Source of the DNA: an uncultured Acidimicrobiaceae bacterium
GTDB taxonomy: Bacteria; Actinomycetota; Acidimicrobiia; Acidimicrobiales; Bog-793
Reading direction: 5' to 3'
NCBI GenBank assembly: GCA_963823945.1
Contig: CAWGNK010000008.1
Location: forward strand, 30,469 to 94,468
DNA: 64,000 nucleotides
This document shows, piece after piece, positions 1 through 9,937 of this stretch (positions within the stretch are counted from its first letter, which is position 1; each line of letters opens with the position of its first letter). The translations under genes and the position numbers were made by a program. The notes under the pieces are model-generated. The model saw only the letters and a program-made list of their open reading frames with translations. It searched no databases and was not told the origin of the DNA.

Positions 1-774
1 ATTCTCGCCGCCGACGATGTAGCTGCGGCCGATGGCACCGTGCTCAGCAGCGAGTAGGTGCCCGGCGGCGACGTCGTCGACGTCGACGATGTTGAGGGCG
101 GTGTCGAACCAGGCGGGCATCCGGCCGTTGAGGTAGTCGACGACGAGCTTGCCGGTCGGGGTCGGCGTGTGGTCGCCGGGCCCCAGCGGCGTCGTCGGCA
201 GCACGAGGGTGACCGGCGCGCCGAGCGCCGTCGCGCGCAGCACCTCGTGCTCGGCGACGTACTTCGACTGCTTGTAGAGACCGAAGAGGTGGTCGACGTG
301 CGGCGCGCAGGTCTCGTCGGCGGGTCCGCGCTCGGCGACGTTCTCGAGTCCCAGCGTGCCGACCGAGCTCGTGTAGACGGTGAGCTCACAGCCGGCCGAC
401 CGCGCCGCCTCGAGGACGTTGCGCGTGCCCTCGACGTTCACGCGGTAGAACGCCGCCGGGTCCGGAGTCCAGAAGCGGTAGACGGCGGCGACGTGGAAGA
501 CGGCGCGTGCCCCGTCGACCGCCTGTCTCATCACCGCGGCGTCGCGCACGTCCGCCTCGATGACCTCGACCGCGAGCCCGTCGAGGCTGGTGTGCCCGAT
601 GCCGGGCTCGACGAGGGCCGCGACGTCGACGCCGCGGGCGACAAGCGCCCGGGTGATCGCCGAGCCGATGAAGCCGCTCGCCCCGGTGACGGCGACCCGC
701 TCGCCCGGCGCCAGGACCGCGCGGGCGACCTTCTCGGTCGCCCGCTTGGTCACGTTGTCCTTCGTCTTGGCCAT
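1..774 (-). CDS. NAD-dependent epimerase/dehydratase (extended SDR); 3' end cut by window edge
   Basis: Own minus-strand translation from ATG (cat at 772-774): MAKTKDNVTKRATEKVARAVLAPGERVAVTGASGFIGSAITRAL... It has a Rossmann TGASGFIG and a YKQSK (YxxxK) motif. It is absent from the ORF track because it has no stop inside the window. Confidence 0.8.
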   Translation of the reverse strand, partial: MAKTKDNVTKRATEKVARAVLAPGERVAVTGASGFIGSAITRALVARGVDVAALVEPGIGHTSLDGLAVEVIEADVRDAAVMRQAVDGARAVFHVAAVYRFWTPDPAAFYRVNVEGTRNVLEAARSAGCELTVYTSSVGTLGLENVAERGPADETCAPHVDHLFGLYKQSKYVAEHEVLRATALGAPVTLVLPTTPLGPGDHTPTPTGKLVVDYLNGRMPAWFDTALNIVDVDDVAAGHLLAAEHGAIGRSYIVGGEN

Positions 775-922
775 CGTCGCTCCCGTCGTCCACCGGCCGG
801 GGAAACCGCCGGTCGAGGCACCGAACCTGTATGCAGTCGACTTCTTCGTCGCCGGGCTTGTCGGCCCGGTAGGGCGAGTGGGCCAGTTATACACTCGCCT
901 CCCGACCAGTAGGGGAGGTGCC

Positions 923-2377
923 GTGAGCCCGTCGACCAAATCACCGTCGTTACACCAGCTTGCGAACTTCGTCGGTGGCAGGCACGTGCCCGCCGAGGCG
1001 GGCGAGACGACCGCGGTCGTCAATCCCTCGACGGGGGAGGCCTACGCCTCGGCGCCTCTGTCGCGGGACGTCGACGTCGACGCGGCCTTCGCCGCCGCCG
1101 CGGCGGCGTTCCCTGGCTGGCGCGACGCGACGCCTGGGGAGCGGAGCCTGGCGCTGCTGCGCATCGCCGACACGATCGCCGCCCACGCCGACGAGCTGGT
1201 GCGGATCGAATGCGAGGACACCGGCAAGCCGGTGGCCGTGACGAAGTCCGAGGAGATCCCGCCGCTCGTCGACCAGATCCGTTTCTTCGCCGCCGCGGCG
1301 CGCCTCCTGAGCGGCAGGTCGGCCGGCGAGTACATGGCGAACTACACGTCGTACGTGCGCCGCGAACCGGTCGGGGTCTGCGCCGCGATCACGCCCTGGA
1401 ACTACCCGGCGATGATGGCCGTCTGGAAGTGGGCCCCCGCCCTGGCGGCCGGGAACACGATGGTGCTGAAGCCCTCGCACACCACTCCCGCCTCGACGTT
1501 GTACCTGGCCGAGCTGATGGCCGAGCACCTTCCCGCTGGCGTTTTCAACGTCGTCTGCGGCGATCGCGACACCGGTCGGGCGCTCGTCGCCCACGAGACG
1601 CCGGCGATGGTCTCGATCACCGGCAGCGTGCGTGCCGGCATCGAGGTCGCCACCGCGGCGGCCCAGAGCGTGAAGCGCGTCCACCTCGAGCTCGGGGGCA
1701 AGGCGCCGGTCGTCGTCTTCGACGACGCCGACGTCGAGGCCGCCGCGGCGGGGATCTGTCTCGCCGGCTACTTCAACGCCGGGCAGGACTGCACCTCGGC
1801 GACCAGGGTGCTCGCCGGACCGCGAATCCACGACGACTTCGTCGCCGCCCTCGTCGAGAAGGCCGCCGCGACGAAGACCGCCGGGATCGAGGTCCCGGAC
1901 GCCGACTACGGGCCCCTCGTCAGTGCCAACCAGCTGGCGGTCGTGGCCGGATTCGTCGAGCGCGTGCCCGCCCACGCCGAGGTGCTGGTCGGTGGGGGCC
2001 GGGTGGGCGAGCGGGGGTATTTCTACGCGCCGACCGTGGTCGCCGGGCTGCACCAGGACGACGAGATGATCCAGGACGAGATCTTCGGCCCGGTGATCAC
2101 CGTGCAGCGCTTCGGGTCCGAGGAGGAGGCGATCGCCTGGGCCAACGGGGTGCGCTTCGGCCTCGCCTCGAGCGTGTGGACGCGGGACCACGCCCGCGCG
2201 ATGCGGATGACGAAGGCGCTGGACTTCGGTGCGGTGTGGGTGAACACCCACATCCCGCTCGTCGCCGAGATGCCGCACGGCGGCTTCAAGGCCTCCGGCT
2301 ACGGCAAGGACCTCTCGGTCTACGGCTTCGAGGACTACACCCGCGTCAAGCACGTGATGCACTACATCGGCGAGTGA
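923..2377 (+). CDS. NAD(P)-dependent aldehyde dehydrogenase (aminobutyraldehyde/betaine-aldehyde DH-like)
   Basis: In-frame part of ORF 560..2377. GTG at 923 is preceded by AGGGGAGG. Motifs ELGGKAP and catalytic Cys in FNAGQDCTSATR, plus a PWNYP block. The N-terminal 120 aa of the track ORF are Arg/Pro-rich and implausible. Confidence 0.9.
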   Translation: MSPSTKSPSLHQLANFVGGRHVPAEAGETTAVVNPSTGEAYASAPLSRDVDVDAAFAAAAAAFPGWRDATPGERSLALLRIADTIAAHADELVRIECEDTGKPVAVTKSEEIPPLVDQIRFFAAAARLLSGRSAGEYMANYTSYVRREPVGVCAAITPWNYPAMMAVWKWAPALAAGNTMVLKPSHTTPASTLYLAELMAEHLPAGVFNVVCGDRDTGRALVAHETPAMVSITGSVRAGIEVATAAAQSVKRVHLELGGKAPVVVFDDADVEAAAAGICLAGYFNAGQDCTSATRVLAGPRIHDDFVAALVEKAAATKTAGIEVPDADYGPLVSANQLAVVAGFVERVPAHAEVLVGGGRVGERGYFYAPTVVAGLHQDDEMIQDEIFGPVITVQRFGSEEEAIAWANGVRFGLASSVWTRDHARAMRMTKALDFGAVWVNTHIPLVAEMPHGGFKASGYGKDLSVYGFEDYTRVKHVMHYIGE

Positions 2378-2400
2378 GGCGACGAAACAGGAGGTCGACG

Positions 2401-3762
2401 GTGGGCGACGACGAGGTTCCGGCGGTGGACGGTGTGCCCCAGTCGCGTGCGCTCGTGACGGAGATCCCCGGTCCCCGCTCGCGCGGACTCGCCGCCCGGC
2501 GCCTCGCCGCCGTCGCGCCGGGGGTCTCGTCGACGTTCCCCGCCTACGTCGCGCGGGCCTCCGGTGCCGTCATCGAGGACGTCGACGGGAACCGCTTCAT
2601 CGACCTGGGCTCCGGCATCGCGGTCACCGGCGTCGGCCACGCCGCGCCCGAAGTCGTCGAGGCGGTGCGCGGCCAGGCCGCCCGCTTCACGCACACCTGC
2701 TTCACGGTCGCCCCCTACGAGCCCTACGTGGCGGTCTGCGAGGAGCTGAACGCGCTCACGCCCGGCGGTCACGCCAAGACCTCGGTGCTCGTCAACTCCG
2801 GCGCCGAGGCGGTCGAGAACGCCGTGAAGATCGCCCGCCACGCCACGGGCCGGGGGGCGGTCGTCGTCTTCGACCACGCCTTCCACGGGCGCACGAACCT
2901 CACGATGGCGATGACCGCCCGGGCGATGCCGTACAAGGCTGGCTTCGGGCCGTTCGCGCCCGAGGTCTACCGCGCGCCGATGTCGTACCCGTTCCGGGAC
3001 CCGGAGTCCATGACCGGCGCCGAGGCGGCGCAGCGCGCCATCGACCAGATCGAGGCGCAGGTGGGGGCGGGAAGCGTCGCCTGCGTCGTCGTCGAGCCGA
3101 TCCAGGGTGAGGGGGGCTTCCTCGTCCCCGCCCGGGGCTTCCTGCCAACCCTCGCCGCCTGGTGCCACGACAACGGCGTCGTGTTCGTCGCCGACGAGGT
3201 CCAGTCCGGCTTCGGCCGCACCGGGGACTGGTTCGCCTGTGACGACGAGGGGGTGGTGCCGGACCTCGTCGCCACGGCCAAGGGGATCGCCGCCGGGATG
3301 CCGCTCGGGGCCGTGACGGGACGGGCCGAGCTGATGGGGGCGGTGCACGCCGGCGGGCTCGGCGGCACCTACGGGGGCAATCCGGTCGCCTGTGCGGCGG
3401 CGCTGGCCGCCATTCGCACGATGCGGGAGCTCGACCTGCCAGCCGCCGCCCGCCGTATTGGCGGCGTGCTGGCCGAGCGGCTCGGGGCGCTGCGGGGGCG
3501 GCACCCGGGGATCGGGGACGTGCGCGGGCGGGGGGCCATGTTCGCCGTCGAGTTCGTCCGCCCGGGCAGCCGTGAGCCGGACGCCGGGACCGCCCGCGAG
3601 GTGATCGCCGCCTGCCACTCGGCCGGGGTGGTCGTGCTGTCCTGTGGCACCTGGGGCAACGTCATCCGGCTGCTGCCGCCGTTCGTCATCCCCGAAGGGC
3701 TGCTCCTGGAGGGTCTCGGCGTTCTCGAGGGCGCCGTCGGCGAGGTGCTCAGCCGAAGCTGA
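2401..3762 (+). CDS. gabT: 4-aminobutyrate aminotransferase (class III PLP aminotransferase)
   Basis: C-terminal part of ORF 1210..3762. GTG at 2401 follows AGGAGG at 2389-2394. Motifs DEVQSGFGRTG and PLP-lysine context ATAKGIAAGMPLGA. Sits downstream of an aldehyde dehydrogenase. Confidence 0.9.
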   Translation: MGDDEVPAVDGVPQSRALVTEIPGPRSRGLAARRLAAVAPGVSSTFPAYVARASGAVIEDVDGNRFIDLGSGIAVTGVGHAAPEVVEAVRGQAARFTHTCFTVAPYEPYVAVCEELNALTPGGHAKTSVLVNSGAEAVENAVKIARHATGRGAVVVFDHAFHGRTNLTMAMTARAMPYKAGFGPFAPEVYRAPMSYPFRDPESMTGAEAAQRAIDQIEAQVGAGSVACVVVEPIQGEGGFLVPARGFLPTLAAWCHDNGVVFVADEVQSGFGRTGDWFACDDEGVVPDLVATAKGIAAGMPLGAVTGRAELMGAVHAGGLGGTYGGNPVACAAALAAIRTMRELDLPAAARRIGGVLAERLGALRGRHPGIGDVRGRGAMFAVEFVRPGSREPDAGTAREVIAACHSAGVVVLSCGTWGNVIRLLPPFVIPEGLLLEGLGVLEGAVGEVLSRS

Positions 3763-3786
3763 GCTGAACTGCGGCCTGCGGCCGGG

Positions 3787-5133
3787 TCAGACGGCCGCCG
3801 GCCGTGCCTCCCGGCGGAGCACCTCTTTCAGCTTCACGGTGCGGCCGGTTCTCAGGATCGCGCGCCGGTAGATGACGGCGGCGAGCCGCGCCATGCCGAT
3901 CGTCGCCACCGCCGTGATGAGCCCCGAGACGACCACCTGCCACCAGGCCAACTGGCCGAGGGCGAAGAGCACCGGCATGACGAACGGCGCCGTCGGCGGC
4001 AGGTAGGCGAGGACGGTGCTGAGCGACGACGGGCTCGAGGCCCCGAGGGCGGTGAACGAGATGAGGTAGCCGAAGAGCAACGGCAGCTGGACGGGGAAGG
4101 CGACGCTTTGTACCTGCTCCTGGCGCTCGACGAGCGAACCGATGGCGGCGAAGAGCCAGCAGTAGAAGGCGTAGCCGAGGACGAGCCACACGAGCCCGAC
4201 GACGACCGGCTCGGGCGCGGTGCCCTTCACGAGGTTCGAGCCGACCGCGGCGCCGAGTGCCAGGGCGACCGCGACGATCGCCGCCGCCTGGGCGAGCGCG
4301 ACGAGGCCGATACCCAGCACCTTGCCGACGAGCAGGCGCAATGGTGAGACGGCCGAGAGCAGCACCTCGACGACCCGGTTCGCCTTCTCCTCGACGACCC
4401 CCATCAGGACCCACGTCCCGTACTGGGTGAGCAGCACGTAGGTGAGGATGAGGACGTAGAGCGCCGTGATGAGGTTGGCGCTGGTGTGGTGGGCGGGCTT
4501 CAAGCCCCCGATCCGCAGTCCCTTGGCCCCCGAGATCGTGAGGGTGATCGCGCCGAGGTGCGATTCGGGGACGCCCTCGCTTCGCAGCGCCGCCTCGACA
4601 CCGAGGAAGTGGGCGGCGGACTCGGTGTAGGTGGCGAGCGTCGAGGAGTCCGAGGCCGAGAAGCGCTGGTCGACTTCGAAGTAGCGGTCGTCGACGAGCG
4701 CGAGGTCGATCCTCCCGGCACGCAGCGCCGCCTTGGCGGCGCCGAACGAGTCCTCGTCGCGGAGCAGGATGGGCACGTCCCGGGCCTTGCCCACGGCGAC
4801 GAGCGTCTGGCGCGAGAGCAGCGTCGACCGGCCGACGATGCCGACGCGCAGGACGGGCGCGACCTCGGTGCTGCTTTTCCTGAGGACGGGGATGACGACG
4901 GCCGCGGCGACTCCGAGCAGCACGATGATCGTGCCGACTTTGAACACGCGGGTCGTGACGCGGGCGTGCACCTCGCGCCGGGCGATGAGCTCCACGTCGC
5001 CGCGACGGCGCGCCACGCGCCGGGCGACGTCGGGCCGTTGGTCGGGCGCCCCGATCGTGCGGCGCGCGTAGCGGTGCCGCCAGATACGGATGGCGACGAT
5101 GACGACGCCGAGCGTGATGAGAAGCGGCGTCAT
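3787..5133 (-). CDS. ABC-2 type transporter permease (NatB-like)
   Basis: ORF 3787..5133. It has an N-terminal TM helix, a large extracytoplasmic loop, then about 5 C-terminal TM helices. Its start overlaps the stop of the upstream ATPase gene by 4 nt (5130-5133). Confidence 0.8.
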   Translation of the reverse strand: MTPLLITLGVVIVAIRIWRHRYARRTIGAPDQRPDVARRVARRRGDVELIARREVHARVTTRVFKVGTIIVLLGVAAAVVIPVLRKSSTEVAPVLRVGIVGRSTLLSRQTLVAVGKARDVPILLRDEDSFGAAKAALRAGRIDLALVDDRYFEVDQRFSASDSSTLATYTESAAHFLGVEAALRSEGVPESHLGAITLTISGAKGLRIGGLKPAHHTSANLITALYVLILTYVLLTQYGTWVLMGVVEEKANRVVEVLLSAVSPLRLLVGKVLGIGLVALAQAAAIVAVALALGAAVGSNLVKGTAPEPVVVGLVWLVLGYAFYCWLFAAIGSLVERQEQVQSVAFPVQLPLLFGYLISFTALGASSPSSLSTVLAYLPPTAPFVMPVLFALGQLAWWQVVVSGLITAVATIGMARLAAVIYRRAILRTGRTVKLKEVLRREARPAAV

Positions 5134-6101
5134 CTGACGGCCTCCCGGAAGACCTCGGAGAGGCGCCGCCGCTCGAAGTCGAACCGCACGACCGGTCCCG
5201 CCGCCATCGCCGTCGCCAGCAACGCCTGGCTGTCGACCCCGTCGTCGAGGACGAGACGCGACTCGCCCCCCTCGGTGCGGGAGATGGTGACTCCTTCGAG
5301 CCCGGCGGCCCAGGCGCCGTCACGGTCGCCCTCGACCTTCACGACGAGCCGGCGTGAGCCTTGGCGTTCCAGCTCCTCGAGGTTCCCCTCGGCGACGAGG
5401 CGGCCCTTGTCGATGATGGCGACCGATTCGCAGATGTCCTCGACGAGGTCGAGCTGGTGGCTCGAGAACAGCACCCCCCGGCCCTGTCGGGCCTGCTCGG
5501 TGAGGATCGCCGCGAGGTCGTCGATGCCGACCGGGTCGAGGCCGGCGAAGGGCTCGTCGAGGATGAGGAGCTCCGGGTCGTGGATCAGCGCCGCGGCGAG
5601 CTGGACCCGTTGCTGGTTGCCGAGCGACAGCGACTCGAGCTTGTCGAGGGCGCGCTCGGGGATCCCGAGGCGCTCGAGCCAGTGCGTCGTCGCGCGGCGG
5701 GCGTCGGCCGAGCTGTGGCCGTGGAGCTCGCAGAGGTACTCGAGCTGGCGCTGGATCTGCATGCCGGGGTAGAGGCCCCGCTCCTCGGGCATGTAGCCGA
5801 AGCGGCGGCGCTCCTCGAGCCCGATGGCGCCTCCCTGCCAGCGCACGCTCCCTCCGTCGAGGTTGACGAGGCCGAACACGGCCCGCATCGCCGTCGTCTT
5901 GCCAGCGCCGTTCGGGCCGAGGAAGCCGAAGACCTGGCCGGGGGGCACGGCGAACGAGAGGTCGTCGAGGGCGACCACCTCGCCGTAGCGGCGGCGGAGC
6001 CCGACGAATTCGAGGCTCAACGAACCGGGTCCGGCGCTGAGACGGGGGCGGTCACCGGGGGCACACGATGAACGTAGTGGCGCCCCCGGTGGGCGCGCCA
6101 A
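5130..6101 (-). CDS. ABC transporter ATP-binding protein
   Basis: Walker A GPNGAGKTT, signature LSLGNQQRV, Walker B LLILDEP. The start is uncertain: TTG at 6101, or TTG at 6020 giving LSLEFVGLRRRYG. Confidence 0.85.
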   Translation of the reverse strand: MARPPGAPLRSSCAPGDRPRLSAGPGSLSLEFVGLRRRYGEVVALDDLSFAVPPGQVFGFLGPNGAGKTTAMRAVFGLVNLDGGSVRWQGGAIGLEERRRFGYMPEERGLYPGMQIQRQLEYLCELHGHSSADARRATTHWLERLGIPERALDKLESLSLGNQQRVQLAAALIHDPELLILDEPFAGLDPVGIDDLAAILTEQARQGRGVLFSSHQLDLVEDICESVAIIDKGRLVAEGNLEELERQGSRRLVVKVEGDRDGAWAAGLEGVTISRTEGGESRLVLDDGVDSQALLATAMAAGPVVRFDFERRRLSEVFREAVR

Positions 6102-6412
6102 GATCCCGGCTCGTGGTCACCTCCCGGCATCCGGATGACGGCGACGGCGAGTTCTGGTCACTTCGTCTCTCGTGAGGGCGAGGCCAGGGCCGCGGTCAAC
6201 CTGTCGTCCTGGGCCTTGCGTGCTCGTTGACCTGTTCGTCGTGTCGGCGGGACCTTCCGGTTACGCGCGCTCGCCCCACGGGGCGCGGCGAATCGCGCCG
6301 ACCATCAGCCTAAGGTGGCTTCGGTTCCATTCAACCAGCTCACAGCCGGTATCGAACCGAACGCCCGGCGGGGGAGTCTTTACAGCGTGAGACCACGACC
6401 GACGGAAACGCC

Positions 6413-6961
6413 GTGAAGCGCGCCGGGCAGGACATCTCGGGGCTCGAGGAGTGGATGAAGTCGTGGTACGCGCCGGCGTACCGCACCGCCTGCCTCGTGC
6501 TCAACGACGCGACCGGGGCCGAGGAGGCAGTGCAGGAGGCGTTCCTGCGCATGTGGCGTTTCCGGGACGCGATGCCCGACGGTGAGGCGGCGCGCCCGTG
6601 GCTCTACCGGGTCGTCGTCAATTCCTGCTACTCCTGGGCCCGCAAGGAGTGGGGCGTCGACGGCCGGCGGGCGCCGCAGGGGGCGCTGGAGTCGCTGGCG
6701 GAGGCTTCGCCGGGGCCGGACGAGATCGCCCTCGTCGGCGACCGCGCCGCCGTGGTGCGCGTCGCCCTCGCGCGGCTTCCCGAAGCGCTCCGGGTGCCGA
6801 TCGTCCTGCGGTACTACGCGGGGCTGTCCGAGAAGGAGATCGCCGTCGCGATCCACCGGCGCCCCGGAACGGTGAAGTCCCGGCTGCACGAGGCGCGGCG
6901 TCTTCTTAGCGCCGACGCGACGCTCAGCCGATTCGCAGAGGAAGAAGAGGGAACCCAATGA
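6413..6961 (+). CDS. ECF-type RNA polymerase sigma factor
   Basis: 182 aa. Region 2-like block (AEEAVQEAFLRMWRF...PWLYRVVVNSCYSW) and region 4 HTH (LRYYAGLSEKEIAVAIHRRPGTVKSRLHEARR). Confidence 0.9.
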   Translation: MKRAGQDISGLEEWMKSWYAPAYRTACLVLNDATGAEEAVQEAFLRMWRFRDAMPDGEAARPWLYRVVVNSCYSWARKEWGVDGRRAPQGALESLAEASPGPDEIALVGDRAAVVRVALARLPEALRVPIVLRYYAGLSEKEIAVAIHRRPGTVKSRLHEARRLLSADATLSRFAEEEEGTQ

Positions 6962-7992
6962 TCGGCGACGACGAGTTTGAAGCGCTCTTCCACGAGGCGG
7001 GGGGCGGATACGCCGTCCCCACCCACGGGCCGGACGAGATCCTCGCCGCGGCGGCGCCGCCCAGCAGCGGGGCGACGGTCGTCCGCGGCCGGTTCCGCCT
7101 GCGCGAGCTCGCCATGGCGGGCGTGAGTGTCGCCGCCGTCGTGGCGCTCACGGCCGTCCTGTTGACCTCGTCCGGGGGATCCCCGACGGTGGAGGCCGCG
7201 GCACCGGGGTACTACTCGGCCTACACCCAGGCGGGGAACGGAACTGCCAAGAGTGCGCCCGGCACGTTGATTGCGCGCCACAGCGCGAAGACGACCGTGA
7301 CGACCGCGACCGGTCGCGACATCATCGCCAAGGGCACGCTCCGGCTCCGGACCACCCGCGCCGCCCTCCGGCGCGACGTCGCCCGCCTCACGGCGCTCGC
7401 CGGCGAGTTCGGGGGCTACGTGTCGGCCGCCGACCTCGCCGAGACCGGGTCCCATCCGGGCGGGACGATCGTCGTGAAGGTGCCGGCGGGGTCGTTCTCG
7501 GCGTTCATCGCCAAGGCCGAGGGCATCGCCAAGGTGAGGAGCCTTTCCACCTCGGACACTGACGTGACCGCCCAGGTCGTCGACCTGGGCGCGCGCCTCA
7601 CGGCGCTCGTCGACGAACGCGGCCAGCTCGAGGTGCTGCTCGGCCGGGCCGGCAAGATCTCGGACCTGCTCTCGGTCGAGAACGAGATCGAGTACGTGCA
7701 GTCCCAGATCGAGCAGATCCAGGGTGAGCAGCGCACGCTCGCCGCGCAGGTCGACTACTCGGCGCTCACGGTGAGTCTCGCCGTGCCGCGACCCCCGCAT
7801 GTTTCGGGCCCGTCGAGCGGCTTCGGCCACGCCTGGCATGAGGCGGTCGCCGGCTTTGTAAACGGCGTGAAAGCGCTCGTCTCGGTCCTCGGCGACCTGC
7901 TGTTCGCCGTGCTTTCGTTCATCGTCGTGGCGCTCATCCTTTTCGGACTGTGGCGCAGCGTCTGGCCCCGGGTGCGCCGGCGGATCGCCTGA
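6958..7992 (+). CDS. Membrane protein with DUF4349-like extracytoplasmic coiled-coil domain; candidate anti-sigma partner
   Basis: ATGA overlap with the sigma gene stop (6958-6961). Short cytoplasmic N-terminus, a TM helix (VSVAAVVALTAVLLT), a coiled-coil region (TAQVVDLGARLTALVDERGQLEVLL...IEYVQSQIEQIQGEQ) and C-terminal TM helices. The DUF4349 assignment is from memory of that family. Confidence 0.7.
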   Translation: MIGDDEFEALFHEAGGGYAVPTHGPDEILAAAAPPSSGATVVRGRFRLRELAMAGVSVAAVVALTAVLLTSSGGSPTVEAAAPGYYSAYTQAGNGTAKSAPGTLIARHSAKTTVTTATGRDIIAKGTLRLRTTRAALRRDVARLTALAGEFGGYVSAADLAETGSHPGGTIVVKVPAGSFSAFIAKAEGIAKVRSLSTSDTDVTAQVVDLGARLTALVDERGQLEVLLGRAGKISDLLSVENEIEYVQSQIEQIQGEQRTLAAQVDYSALTVSLAVPRPPHVSGPSSGFGHAWHEAVAGFVNGVKALVSVLGDLLFAVLSFIVVALILFGLWRSVWPRVRRRIA

Positions 7993-8051
7993 TGGCGGGC
8001 CGCGGACCCGAGAGCCGGTGCTACACCGGTGAGGCGCGAAAAGGGGGCGGC

Positions 8052-9848
8052 ATGGGGATCGAGGGTCCTGTTGTGCAGGTGACGCCGTCGGTCAGGTTCG
8101 GGAGGGTCAAGCACGCCGGCGTCGCGGTGATGGCGGTGCTGCTTTGTGCCGCGACGTTGTCCGTCGGCGATAGTGGCGGCGCCGTTGCCGCCTCCGGCCC
8201 CGCCCGGCCCTCGCCGGGCGCGGCCTTCGCCCAGCGCGTACTCGACGATGCGGTCGTCCCGCCCGGCGCCCGTGTGACCACGGTCGTGCGGTCGAGGACG
8301 CTCAAGGGGAACTTCGTCACGACGGGCCTCCCCGGGACCCGCGACGTCCACCGCCTCTATCTCCTCGACGAGTCGATGGATGCAGTTGAGAGCTACCTCA
8401 AGGCGCACGTGCCAAAGGACGCGACCCAGCTCGGGTACGGGAGCGACGACTATCCCTCCGGCGTCTCGTTGCTGAGCCTGTGGTACGACCTGCCTGTCTC
8501 GGGCCCGCACGACTATCTGGCCGAGCTTTCCTACCTCTCCGTGGACACCGGTTCCGGCGCCGAACTCCGGGTCGACGCGGAGGTCGTCTGGGAGCCGAAC
8601 CGGCCCGCCGACGAGCGTGCACCCGGAAACGGTGTCGTCGAGGTGACCGCCTACTCCAAGGCCTCCCTCAGGAGCGGATCGTCCGGCCCGGTGACCGTCA
8701 CGGTGACTGGCGCCCGGGCGCGGGCGCTCCTCGGGGCTCTGAACGCCCTGCCACTCGGACCTCGACAGAGCTGCATGGAGGATTCCCTTCTTTTCAAGCT
8801 GGTCGTCCGCCGCGCGGCGGGCTCGCCGCCGGAGTGGGAGGCCGATGGCTGGGCTTGCATGGCGGCCGTGGACGTGAGCGAACACGGCCGCGCCATGCCG
8901 GACCTTGCCGACCGGAGCTGTGCAGTGCTGCGCGCCGTCGTCAGCGTCCTCCCCGCCCACGAGGCGAACGCCACTCGCGCCGCGGCAAAAGGGTGCGTTC
9001 CGCCCGCTCCCCCGAGGGCCGGTTCGGCAATCCCGCTCGCGGCGCTCGCCAGGTTGACCAAGGTCGCGCGCCAGATGGCGAGGGCCAACGGTGACGTCCA
9101 TGCCAGTGACGTGCTGGCCGTGGCGACGACGCACGCGGCGGCGCTGCGGGTCGCCGCCCCCGGCGACTCGACGCCTTCGGTTCCCGCCGGCATGCCGGTG
9201 TACCTCATCACGATGCGGGGCCAGTTCACCGCCTATGACTCGTCGCCGCCGCTAGGCGCCAGCGTGCCCAGGGGGACGTTCCTCGCCGTCGTCGTCGACG
9301 CCGCGACGTTCCGGGTCTCCGACTGGGGCCTCACCAACCGCCCGTCCCGGGTGAAGCTGTCGACGCTCGGACGGGTGCACACGCTCCATCTGGCGGGGGC
9401 CTCGCCGGCGCGGAAGGCGGCCGACGCCGCCAAGCTCACCTCGCGCCTCGTGCTCTCCCGCACGACGGTCCGCGCGGGCGCGTCCATCGGCGCCGAACTC
9501 GTCGTCACGAATCCTGGAGCCCGGATCAACGAGACCCACGGCTGCGCGCCGTACCTGATGGTGGTGCTGGCGAACAAGGAGATCCCGGCGTACGGCGTCG
9601 TCCCGACGCCTTGCCGGCCGGGGCCGCTATGGATCCGGCACGGCGTCAACCGCATCCGGATCGTCGTCTCCACGCGCTACGTGGTCTGCACGCAGAACCC
9701 GGCCCAGGCGACGGTGCAACTACCTGTGTGCCTGTCGAACGCCGATAAGGCGCCACCGTTCCCCGCCGGCCGCTACCGGACCGTCGCCATCGGCGCCTGG
9801 GGGGGCATCCCGATGCCGGCACCGGTGGCGGTGACGCTCACCAAGTAG
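8052..9848 (+). CDS. Secreted hypothetical protein (C-terminal 4-Cys domain shared with 45531..46403)
   Basis: In frame within ORF 7950..9848. ATG at 8052 follows AAGGGGG. Signal-like HAGVAVMAVLLCAATLSVG. No enzymatic motif recognised. Confidence 0.65.
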   Translation: MGIEGPVVQVTPSVRFGRVKHAGVAVMAVLLCAATLSVGDSGGAVAASGPARPSPGAAFAQRVLDDAVVPPGARVTTVVRSRTLKGNFVTTGLPGTRDVHRLYLLDESMDAVESYLKAHVPKDATQLGYGSDDYPSGVSLLSLWYDLPVSGPHDYLAELSYLSVDTGSGAELRVDAEVVWEPNRPADERAPGNGVVEVTAYSKASLRSGSSGPVTVTVTGARARALLGALNALPLGPRQSCMEDSLLFKLVVRRAAGSPPEWEADGWACMAAVDVSEHGRAMPDLADRSCAVLRAVVSVLPAHEANATRAAAKGCVPPAPPRAGSAIPLAALARLTKVARQMARANGDVHASDVLAVATTHAAALRVAAPGDSTPSVPAGMPVYLITMRGQFTAYDSSPPLGASVPRGTFLAVVVDAATFRVSDWGLTNRPSRVKLSTLGRVHTLHLAGASPARKAADAAKLTSRLVLSRTTVRAGASIGAELVVTNPGARINETHGCAPYLMVVLANKEIPAYGVVPTPCRPGPLWIRHGVNRIRIVVSTRYVVCTQNPAQATVQLPVCLSNADKAPPFPAGRYRTVAIGAWGGIPMPAPVAVTLTK

Positions 9849-9937
9849 CCCGCGGGGACCAGGCAGCGACACCGGGAGGCGACGGGCGGCCCGGGCCGTC
9901 CGTCGTCACCGGGCAGGGCCTGACGGGTGGTTACCGG

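Noticed and set aside
1210-2400. N-terminal 397 codons of track ORF 1210..3762 (and 560..922 of ORF 560..2377)
   Set aside because: They are out-of-frame overlaps of the aldehyde dehydrogenase gene. Credible starts with Shine-Dalgarno sequences exist at 2401 and 923.
6354-6379. GAACCGA-N-GTCTT upstream of the first ECF sigma gene, plus GAACCG in family A cores and upstream of the collagen-like gene, as a shared ECF promoter
   Set aside because: The shared part is only a 6-7-mer, which is expected by chance many times in 64 kb. The -10 parts and spacings differ. The evidence is insufficient to call a promoter.
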